NCBI RefSeq assembly: GCF_030144855.1
Contig: NC_082709.1
Span: 28,644,001 to 28,708,000 of the forward strand
From: Hypanus sabinus
Lineage: Eukaryota
Direction of reading: 5' to 3'
Length of the DNA: 64,000 nucleotides
A program made the position numbers and the translations under genes. The stretch's first letter is position 1, and each line of letters opens with the position of its first letter. The notes below the pieces were generated by a model that was not told the DNA's origin, ran no database searches, and worked only from the letters and a program-made list of their open reading frames with translations. Shown one piece after another: positions 1-10,905 of this stretch.

Positions 1-2469
1 CTCGGCAATCTGACGACTTCTAGGTTCCAATTTATTCTTTTCCGCTTTACAAGCTGGAGTAGAAAGTAAAGTCTGCAGTTGTTCAATTCTGGCATTAAAC
101 TTTGCATAACCGGCGATCAAACTGCATTTACACTTTAACAGGGTCAGTGCGCAAGCCCAATAGTGCAGGAAGAGACGATTTTCGATGTCCGCTTTTATGC
201 ACAAGTTACAATGTCATGGTAAGGTTGAATAAAAAAAAAGTTAAGAGCAAACAGGAAAACGATTCTTGGGAGAACGGGGAAGATCATAGTATTACCAATG
301 TTAAACAACTAAACCCGGCGGTGTAATATCGTTACTAGCGGAGTCCACGCTGATAACGCAATGACGTGGAGATAAATTCATAAACAGTTTTCAGATATGT
401 AATCGAATTTACCCACATATTGCATAAATAGTGGCGATATACTCTCACACTGTCTAAATCTGCCAGGTACGATTGCCAGCATAACATCAATTAATCATTG
501 CAAAATGAGTGGAGACTCCGGTTCTGTTGTTGAGGTTTACATAGTGTGTTCCACGTATCAAATAAAAACTGGCTCACCTTTTATATGAAATCAAACTAAT
601 TTTATCGAATTTATACAATATCTGAAAGCTCCCAGAGGACCAGGCAGATGGGCGCATGATTTCAGAAAATACGTCGATGATGTAAGAAGTAATATCAAGA
701 TATCATTTTCGTAGCTGAATTCTCTAGTCGGGGAAATATTCTTAGCCTGGCTTATTTTATCAGGGTTTACAAAACTTATTTTCATAGCTTAACCAGATTT
801 CCGCCCAGTGGTACGGACAATTATATTCTTTTCAGAAAGAACGCTTATATGACAAAAATCACCATAATCAAATTCCAAACCAATTAATGAAACAGAGAGT
901 TATTTTGCTATTGCCGCATTTTATATTTTGGTGGATCAGTTATTTGTCTTTGTAGTATTAGAACCGGGGACGGGTGGTACAATGACACTAGATCAGAACC
1001 TTAGCGGTGATGTTATAACATGATAGAAATCTCACTGGAGGAATGAATTATGGAAACAAAAAAAAGCTTTCTGAGTGGAATTAATCTATAAAGGTGGGAT
1101 TTAAGTTTCACAATTTCATAAATTTAGACATTTATATCCACAGCTGTCCGATCTTTTGAGATATGATTTAAATCAGCCCTTGTAACAAACCTTTTTTGGG
1201 GTGGTTTCAATTCATTCATTGTTTAAAATACGGCCATCTGCAGAAAACTGTCTGCACTCCAGCCTCTCCAAACCACTCCAGAAAAAAGAAGTATTTTTGT
1301 ACTAATAGAATTCCAAAGGCTTAACGCTTTATTCGTGTTGCTTTGCATTTTAATTTCGCGTCCCTTGGTAGTTTTGTGGACACTAGGAGTTGCGTCTGAG
1401 AAATGGGCGCTTCGCGGTTACGCTTCTAGCGGGGCTCTTGTGCATATTTTTTCCCGTCAAATTATTTCGAAGAGTGAGTCCAGAAACGACTAGGTGATCT
1501 ACCGTCAACCTATCTAAACCCGCGGAAAGCACGAGGCAAAGGGGAAAAGGTGGATCCCAAATATCTACCAGACATCTTCTCACCTAATGAATTTGTTGTG
1601 TAACACTGTGACATTAGGTGCCGAGCTCCCTCGCTACCGGCGAGGAGAACCGTTAGCGATCCAAGGGATTCCAGCCTGTTTTCACTTTTCATAAGCATTG
1701 AATTTACTTGCACAGAACGAGGCCATTTTATCGATTTAGCCTAATATGTTATGAATACTGGAGGTGTTATTTCACTTGATTTTTTTCTCTCTCCTACAAT
1801 GGAAGCCGGAGGAGCCTAATGAAATGTCCCAATAGGTACTAGAAATGGAGGGTCGATATATATAGAACACGATAGCTCCACATACTGATAATCAATTTCA
1901 TCTTTCTCACCTGTGTAGAAGGCACTACCGGAACTTTAATTGTAATTTGTCACTATATTTTTTGTTTGAATTAAAGTAGCGACCATGGTGCAGATTTCAA
2001 CTCAGTGGCCAAACGTGCTTCAGATTCCTACCCTTGTTTGCTATTCTCAACCCGGCCAAATAAAAAGGGCTCAGGAAATCATGTCAAAGCAAAATCCGGA
2101 AGCCGTCTGATTCACAATTACCAAGATTGGGAAATGTGGCTCATACACGCTTCGTTCTTTGCAGGAGTTATTTTCGCTTAAAGAAAAAAAACTTATACTC
2201 GGCGTAGTGAAAACAAAAGGGCCAAAAGCTCCTAGATTATCAGATTGCGGGGGTTTGGTTGCTGTGGTGTGAAGTGCCCACTGTCAAAGGAGTTGATTCC
2301 CTTCATGTTTACGTTGCAGCTGCACTTCCGCCTGCATAGTTGGTTAGAATGTTCGTTACGATGCTCGTGATATAACAAATAGCTGTAGCAAAGAACTCGT
2401 TAAAGGAAACATGGCGCTTGCGAGCTGTACTTGCGAAATCCGCAAGGAATTGCAGCGAATTCCTTTTTG

Positions 2470-2590
2470 TTTGAAGAAAATTTACAACTTTGTAATGGAC
2501 CTTTTACGAGGGAGTCGGCGCTCCCATTGGCTAGTTTTGGTCATGTGAATCAAGTAACTGCGTTCATGGCCTTTTCATGATTTCCCTTGT
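2470..2590 (+). promoter_or_regulatory. Orphan Hox-type promoter module (no adjacent Hox ORF)
   Basis: TTTACAAC and TTTTACGA Hox/Cdx-type sites, then ATTGG (2526-2530), 11 nt, CATGTG (2542-2547), the same grammar as the gene promoters here; strong donor CCG|GTAAGT at 2942/2943 downstream. Confidence 0.6.
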
Positions 2591-5138
2591 GAATATTTCA
2601 CTGCATTCCGCTGCTAACTCGTCTCAAACCGTCTTTTCTGTCAGTATCTCCCCTTGACTGCTTTTGTCGTTGGTATTTGGCGCCAGCTGCTTGGGAAAAA
2701 AGGGAGACTTTCCGCTCTATTCGCGGCGTTCAATCCTTTTCTGTATAACTATGAGGAAGTCATTCGACTCATGCTGGGATTTAGCAATCTGATCTCTCTC
2801 ACAGACCTGTGACGTCTGCTTACGGTCTTTCATTTATCCTTCAATTCGCTTTACCTATTATAAGTTATTTTGATAATCGAAACTGTACAAATGGAATACA
2901 AAATCCACCTGGTTCCTAGTCTGGGGCAGCGTCATGAAACCGGTAAGTCTTCTGCTTTCGCTTGACGGTCTGGTGCAGATAGCGGTGTTGTAATGGGAGG
3001 CAACGACGTTGTCTTCGCTGGCTGAGTTCTAGGCAGCTGTTTGGAAGATCGAGGAAAGCTCGACATAAATTAATAAATACAAGACTGATTTTCAAACTGC
3101 GAGTGTCTAATCAGGTCCAGGTGGTCGACTGAGTGGAAACGGTGGCTGTGCGGCAGATTAATTAAATCTTTATTTTCCGCGATGAGGCTGAGAGTTGCGT
3201 TTCTTGCCTAGCTTTCAGATGATACCCTTGCTATTGGACAGCTGACATTTGTGGGGAATGTGCGAATTTCCCCGTTCAATTAAGTGTTATTAGTGTTATT
3301 TGAAAAAAAATACATATTTATTACTTTTATTATTCATGGCTCTATTTGGTTAACTTGCTGGACGACTGTCCAATGAACTGATGCATTGATTGGCGGCTTC
3401 AATATGTTTTTGCTGATCGGTGGTAATCCATGCTATTTTCTACCTTGCAGCCGAGGGTAGGAAGGTTGGTCTATTTTGCTCTGTCAAATAAAAAGTTGGA
3501 GCAATGAGTGATGGGCTTGTGTTAATGATCCTAATAAGTCTGTGCGGCAATCACTGGCTCTAGAAACATCAAGAGCCCTGGGATTGGGGGGGGGGCAAGA
3601 AATGTTTAGCTAACATTTTAATGATATTTTACCACGTGATAGTCGTTTGCGCAAATAAGCAGTGCTCTTACAGTAATTTTCCAGCGGTCAACATCAGACA
3701 TGCTTTCAATATGTTAATGGCGAATAAAGGGACATAGATATTTCTAATATTTTGTGGCTGGGCAAATAACTTCGGTCTGAACATTTGGAGAGTTGTTTTC
3801 TGAATATGATATACCGAGTTGTGATTGTTCACATATTTGTATTGCATACAAAAGCAAGTATCTCTTTATTCTGGGAAATGGTTCAGATTTGATATAAACA
3901 GTTGCAACTTCGTGTTAGCAACTTCATAATAAACACAAGGAGTAAAAAGACATTGAAACCTTTTATTCTGTTCTAATTTTTCAATATTAATTACAAGAGT
4001 CTCCTAAGGAAATATACACAACATAGGGCCATGTTATTATAAGGAAAAATGTAAAGAGAATATTTTATGATTGTTTTTTTCTTAGCCAGGTGTTTGAATT
4101 TCCGCTGATTAAATATTCGGAAACAATTGTTCATCATTTACCTGCAGTTTAAAACTTCTTTCTGAGTCAAAGATGTAGGAACAAGTGTTAAACTGCAGGC
4201 ACTTGGTAGTCAACGTTATTTGAATATAAACTGATCTGTCTTTCAGATTCCAAATTATTTATAGGAACTGAATCTTTTAAAAAGACCAGCTTGATCCATA
4301 TAGCATATAATTATATTGACTATAATTTTCCGTTGGCCATTGATATTGATTATCCAAGGGTTCTTTTAAATTGCAAATTACAATTTTTTAAAAAAACTTT
4401 TCTCCTTTTCTTTCTGTGTCTGTTGGACAGAATTGAAATGAAATTCTGACCACTGGCAATTAGGTCACAATGCATTACTAAAATCAAATGAACGTTTGTG
4501 ACGTTGTGACTATTATTTTATCGCGGCATAAATATTTAAGTATTTTTAATTGTCTACTTCAAGCACATTTGCCTCGGGAAAATTGCTGGTTAAATTATGT
4601 CAGACCGCGACAGTGAAGTGCACCGTACGCATTTTGCTTTATGGAGAAAGCATCTCGATCTTCAGGCAGTTACTGACTTTAATGATTCTCTGCAGTGTGT
4701 TTTCAAGATATCCGCCATCGCTATAATTTGTGGAACAAAGAAAACAATCTTATGCAGCAGTTATTAATTAAGATATTTTATCTCAGTTTAAAAGTGAGCA
4801 TATCAAATATTTGTTAGACTTTTCTCGTTAAACTAAATCTGTTTTGCGTTAAGAATAAGCTGTCAGCTTTTAGATTAGAGTGAATGACTTATTGATTTTC
4901 CTCGTTGCTTTCTTCCTAATGAGACAAAATTAGGAGAACAAAACTCTTGAACAAAAAAAGTAAATCTTCAAAATAAATATAATTAGCAAGTTCGTCTTTC
5001 TAAATCACAATCCCACCTACGATTTTAAGGTAGGACTACTTAATTTATTTTTTCAAGGCACGCCAGCAAAGGTTTCTGTGATATCTAAGTAAATGTGGAT
5101 ATTGTATTGTGTGGCGGGGGTGAGTGAGTGACTGAGAG

Positions 5139-5281
5139 NNNNNNNNNNNNNNNNNNNNNNNNNNNNNNNNNNNNNNNNNNNNNNNNNNNNNNNNNNNNNN
5201 NNNNNNNNNNNNNNNNNNNNNNNNNNNNNNNNNNNNNNNNNNNNNNNNNNNNNNNNNNNNNNNNNNNNNNNNNNNNNNNNN
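5139..5281. other. Assembly gap (143 N)
   Basis: Run of N preceded by GAGT/GA repeat-like sequence, probably a collapsed microsatellite. Confidence 0.95.
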
Positions 5282-8094
5282 GTATATGGAATCTTAAAGC
5301 CGAAAGGTTTTGCTCAGAATGCACTTCTATTATAGATGGTCAATGCTTAAATGTAATTATCAATTTCAATGCAACATACAAAATTTATTTTAAGTGGAAA
5401 AAATTTCAGTTCATTTGTGACTAAAGATAATCTGATTCCGCACAAAGCCCAGAACCTTTTAATTCATAACGTTCCTTTTCATTTTTAATATACAATATAT
5501 AATTGTAAGTGTAAGCAACTCCTAATAGGAATCCCGTACATTGAATCTGGTGTACAACTGGAATTAATTCAACGCGATCCTAGAGTTGCTCACTCTTTAC
5601 AGGACTGACAAACGAATTTCCAGCTCGCGATCTTCTCCCAATTTTATTACAAGGCACAACGCGCTGTAAAAGGGAAAATCAACAAAAATAATTAATATGC
5701 GGTGCGCGACTGGTTTCTTTCTTCTATTGTACATGAACGGGGCTTACAATTAGGTCTAGTGGAAGGTCTAGTTACAAGCTATTCTGCGTCAAAGGATTTC
5801 AGAAAATGATGATCGGCCGTCTGGATTTCATTTTAATTTAGCTTTACACCGAACTGGAAACTCTGATTTTACTCAACGTTTCTTTTTAAAGAACAGTACA
5901 GGAAAAATATAATTTCTTCCATCGACTGTCAGGCGGCTGCTGCAGGGTCATATTTACCAGAGCTAGACGGTTGGATTACAGCAATTACGATCTTGGCCCA
6001 TAATTATATGTATAAAAACTCACGAATCAACATTCCCCGCCGATAAATGAAAGCGAATGTTATGCTGTGACATATAATCTAAAATATCCGTTAAGATACC
6101 TTTTCTTCCCTTTAAACTTAATTCATCTCAAGTTATAAATTGCTCGTCTCTTTACTGTCATTGTTATGTTCAGAACACCTTCAATCCGGGCCGCCGCCGG
6201 TTCTCCTGGGAAGCCCATAATCCTTCCAATAATTCGGAGATCTGTGCAGTTTCAGACAATGGACGGTGGGCCCAACTCCCGACCGTCTATTACTTCTTGC
6301 CTCCAGACATGAGTTATTTTACTGTACTTTAGCTCTATTATTTTAAGTAACCGCAGTACTTATAAGGCAGAGGAGCATTGAGAGCCTGATTTGCCCACAT
6401 TACAAGACAATCGTATAAACACTGTAAATATATTCCTTACACATCCTATAAATCAAACACTGTTCCAAACTCAAATCACGCGCGCGCGCTCGCGAGTGTG
6501 ATGGTGCAGTGGCCAAATAAACTAGGGATCTATTTCATTAATTCAGTTGGGAGCACCCTATTTTAACCCCTAAAAGAAAGCACCCATGCACCCAGCAGCA
6601 GATAACTGAAACCCACGTGCGTTACGTATCACTGAGACAATGGGCGGATCTTTGCCAAATTCTTCAGACTCAGATGAATGCAGTCACCGTTTTGACATCG
6701 TTTCATTACCTTTATTAGTTGTGCCGTTCCGGATCACAACCAAACGTTTATAATTCGACTATTAATCAAAGAGGGAAAGGCAAACGCTGTTTTAAAGTAA
6801 TATATTTATTGCTTTCGCGGTTTCCCTGCATTTGTGGCCAATTGGAATCCATTCGATGTGTCTGTAACTGTTGCACCGCAAAGTCCGAGGAAGGACAACG
6901 AACCGAAAGTGCTGTCCTTGTAATTTGCACCATTCGTTTCTGAAATCTTCCCAATCAGTCTTGGATTTGCCAAACTGCGGATATCGGTCAGATCTTGTTT
7001 CAGATCTAATAGAAATATTCTGACCTACCATAGCTTATAATTCAGGGGAAACCACCGTGCAGTTGGATTGTACAAAGGGGAAGAAGTCTACAGCGCACTT
7101 GGCCTGAGTGTTACGGCTATCGTGGCTGGCCTAGACATAACTAGTCACAAAATAAAATAATATATGACATAATGTAGATTCCTAATCATTTTTATTTATT
7201 TTACCAAGGTCTGATGAAAGCAGGACGCAAGTACTTAGCTAAAATCTGGACTCAAGTGTCCAAAATTTACTAAAAGGTTGATCACGTGCACGTACATTGA
7301 AAAAGCTAACTGTAAACTTTGTGAAGTCGATTCTTTTTCCTGTAAAGGTAAATGATTATTGGGTAGGCAATCTAAGTTCAGGATTTTACGAAGGTAACAC
7401 TGCGGTATTTGTAAGCTTTAGTAATGTGTGCAATGTGTATAAATGTGAACCGTACGTTCGATTCAGGTCATTACCTGACATCATAATTTCTCCGATACCC
7501 TTTAACACCAAGGAGAATTGCGCAGTAATAATAATTACTGTAAATATTTAGGATTGTATCCTATCAAGCTCTTCGTCGTGAATCTATTTACAGTGAACAT
7601 CAAATTTTGAGGTCAAGTACATTGTTAATACAAGTAAAAGCGTTCCAATTCAACACACATATTCTAAATGAAAAGATGTGTCTTATACAATAAAACATGT
7701 TAAATAATTTGGTAGCAATTTTATGGATCAACATTATCGCATGAAATTTTGAGTCTCAGGATAATCCTAGTTTATATAACATGGCCATTTTAAGTAAACT
7801 CATTTCGTATTTATATAAAAGTTTTGCGTTTGATCACCTATACGTGCCTCTGATGTATAAGTGATAATTTCAGAAAGCAGAAAGAAAATGTTATCGCTAA
7901 CGATAATCTAAATAGTGAAGCATTGTAAAAGCTGAAACCATTCCGCAAAATACACATCAGTGTCTTTCAAATTCGCTCGATCGATATGAGCCTGGCTTTC
8001 TCTCTGTTTATCAGAAGGAGGCGCTGTAGGACAAGGCTCGCTAAATCATGGCACGCATTCTCACTGCATGTATTACCCCCAGGGTCAGGCACAA

Positions 8095-8165
8095 GAATTT
8101 ACGACTGGTCAACAAAAGCACGTGATCTAAACTTATGTCCCATATTTGGTTGCATACGTAGGAGG
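8095..8165 (+). promoter_or_regulatory. HoxD5 proximal promoter block
   Basis: AATTTACGACTGGTCAACAAAAGCACGTGAT...CCATATTTGG...TACGTAGGAGG, recalled as the block upstream of Hox5 paralogues; E-box 8119-8124, CArG-type box 8140-8149. Confidence 0.75.
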
Positions 8166-8269
8166 CAGAGAAATGACATGTGCCTTTTATTTCCATATTT
8201 CATTATATATCGCTCGTTCTGGCGGCGAATAAACGTCTAAGAACCACAAATCAATCCCCTGAAAGGCAG

Positions 8270-8777
8270 ATGAGTTCCTACTTCTTAAACTCTTTCTCAG
8301 GTCGCTACCAAAATGGCCACAATTATCAGTTGCAGAGTTATGGGAATGCCTCGTCTGTGGGCGAGCATTTTAGGGAATCGACGATGCTCTCCGCCAGGTA
8401 TGGCTATGATTACACTGGGATAGACCTCAGCATGACTCGTTCTAACTCAAATCTTCGTGGAGACAGTGAAAGGTCTGCTAACTACATGCAGGCAGCCAGT
8501 AACACCTTTCATAGTTCATCTGGTGCGAGAGCTAAGTCTCCTGATCCTGCGGTCTGCTCAGGGTCTTTAATAAACCCAACTAACAGTACTGTTAAAACGG
8601 GGACTACAGTCACAGGGCCAAGTCATTCATACCGCTGTGGTCAGGACACATCACCGTTAACCGATGAGCATCTTAAGGGAACGAACAGCCCCAAACCAGA
8701 AAGTGGGCAACTAGACAAGGATTCAGCACAGCAGATGCAGATATACCCATGGATGAAAAAACTTCACCTTAACCAAG
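8270..8777 (+). CDS. HOXD5: HoxD5 coding exon 1 (spliced protein 249 aa)
   Basis: Starts [16 protein letters not shown] (Hox5 N-terminus), has [11 protein letters not shown] and hexapeptide [10 protein letters not shown]; ends at phase-1 donor CAAG|GTACGC at 8777/8778. Confidence 0.93.
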
Positions 8778-9134
8778 GTACGCTCAAAGCCGCCATTCTG
8801 CCTTTTCATATGCATTTAAATTTTGATCGAAGTGTTTTTTTAGATTGAGAAACAAAGTAACTTAATAAAAATGAATAAAGAATGATACTTGTAAAAGTCT
8901 TAACAGTTTGAATGAAATCCCAGTGCACGCTGTTGCTTTGACCAGTTACACCAATTGTGTCAAGAACGGCAGCATTTGAGCATCAGCGATTTCCGTTAAA
9001 ATTTAAATAATTTACTTACTCCAATTTACAGATCCTACTAATTTTGTTCTGCACTTATGTGTCTGAAACTGTATAATTTAATATAATTTAGTAATCTAAT
9101 GCGTATAATAATTCGTCTTTAACTTTTTATTAAG

Positions 9135-9376
9135 AAGGCTTAAGTGGACCAGAAGGGAAACGAACGAGGACAGCTTATACCCGCTATCAAACCCTGGAGC
9201 TGGAGAAAGAATTCCATTATAACAGATACCTTACACGACGCCGGCGGATAGAAATCGCTCACGCCCTGTGTCTGACTGAAAGACAAATTAAAATATGGTT
9301 CCAAAACAGAAGAATGAAATGGAAAAGGGATAATAAATTGAAGAGCATCAATATCAGCCCTCCAGGAGGGCCTTAG
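9135..9376 (+). CDS. HOXD5: HoxD5 coding exon 2 (homeobox); absent from the ORF track
   Basis: Acceptor TTTTTATTAAG|; translates (E)[79 protein letters not shown], stop TAG 9374-9376; in frame with exon 1. Confidence 0.95.
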
Positions 9377-10819
9377 CTGGTTACACCTAACTGGCTATAA
9401 TATTACTGTCCTTTTCGTTGCAATGGAAATGGTTGTTTGGGCACATAAAATACTGAGATACATTAATATCGTGTGGGTTCAAAATCTTGTCATCAATACA
9501 CTTCATCAGTTGTCATCTACAGATGTTAAATTTTTTCTAAATATATATATTTATAATATCTATGCCTAATTCAGATAACAAGAAAGAACAATAAAAAGGT
9601 CAGCCGGCATAAGGCAGCCAAGCAAACCGTTTACCTCCGAGAGCAGAATGAAGTTGTTTTCTGTGTCCGGTTGCTGAACAAACCAATCTTCTACCGGTTG
9701 ATAGCTTCGTTAAAGCTATAATTTGATCATGTTTTGTAAAGTTAGATAAATATTGTTGCTTTCGTCTTTTTTTTACATCAAAGGTGATTTTTTTTAAAAA
9801 ATCAGTGCTGGGAATCGTGGCTGTGATCCCAGGTATATCGTGTGATGTAAATTCTGTACATACATAATGTTTAAATGTCTGACTTTGTGCTAAATAAATG
9901 AAATGAATGGTGTTTTGTCTACAACATTGAAATAAACCCAGTTTTACCAATGAACATTCTCACCTATTGTCTGCAGCTCCTGTCCGTGTACAGAACTCCT
10001 GGCAACAGGCCACTTGTAAAACAACCAAAGTCACCCTCTGAATTTCGCTTCTATTCATTCTACCTAATTCTTATGAAGGTTCTAGAGCTGCGCTCGCCTT
10101 GATTGTTTTCTGTCGCATGTTGTTTATGTCAAGAATTCTTGGTGGAGCTCATACCTATTTGATATTCTGTTTTTTTAAGGGAACATTCCTTCGTTCATAA
10201 ACTTCTGCATCTAGATTCCAGGAAGGTTGATTTCCAAAAAAAAAGTTTGCTAAGTTGTCGTCTAGTGGTGGAACAATATAAGTTGGCTTTCTAATAATTG
10301 GTGGCTATTAGCATTAAATATTCCGAAAATGTATAAAACCTATTGTTGGGACCTAGCTTTGGGGACCAGGGAGTTCTCGATTAGTTTCATTGCACTGAGT
10401 CATTCAGCAGAAGAAACTGTAATGGGGAGTTAAACTCTAAAGCAGGAAGAAATGGTAGATGATTGAAGCAATCGAAATAGGAAACCGATGTCATAGGAAA
10501 CTCTTAATGTCAAAAAGCAATTCTTGTTTGCGTTCCTAATCGGCACAGCTTTATTTCACTGTAGCTCACAAGCTATCGGTCACAGATGCTCACTGTATAT
10601 TTACACTTACCAAATCTAATAGATCGTCGTGGCTGCCTAGGAAATGTCCAAACTGCGCCTTAAAATAAAGAAAACTCATTCTCCAGGGCACTCGTCCTCT
10701 GTGTACTCAGATATATAGCTTTATATTACTGGGAGAGCATTTCAATGAACATGGCTGTCTTTAGTGAAAAGAAGTTTTAAAGTTTAAGGGTTATTTATAT
10801 GGACGCCACAGAGCCAGGT

Positions 10820-10905
10820 CCTGACTGGTTGTACAGGGGCACGTGACGCCATTAAACTTTGTTTTATGGTTAGGGGAGTTGACAAGCCAAAATATAATTC
10901 ACATC
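10820..10905 (+). promoter_or_regulatory. Conserved Hox5-Hox4 element; probable distal promoter for HoxD4/mir-10b transcripts
   Basis: ACTGG-N11-CACGTG then CATTAAA, TTTTATGG (Cdx/Hox) and GGGGAGTTGACA (TALE-type); GTAAGT donors at 11008 and 11053. Confidence 0.7.

Noticed and set aside
138-144. miR-10 seed match ACAGGGT
   Set aside because: Single 7-mer with no evidence that it lies in a transcript.
1830-1935. Second possible homeobox relic (one frame reads GR...QFHLSHLCRR)
   Set aside because: Spacing does not fit, there is no AG acceptor and no WFQNRR trace; within chance.
4440-6500. Search for a HoxD6 pseudogene
   Set aside because: Only vague similarity such as AAATGAACGTTTGTG; no hexapeptide or homeobox trace; part of the interval is an N gap.
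8180-8848. ORF-track extensions before the Hox ATGs and past the donors (also 17591, 35538, 41115, 41733)
   Set aside because: They begin at non-ATG codons or run into introns; splicing at canonical sites gives the expected proteins.
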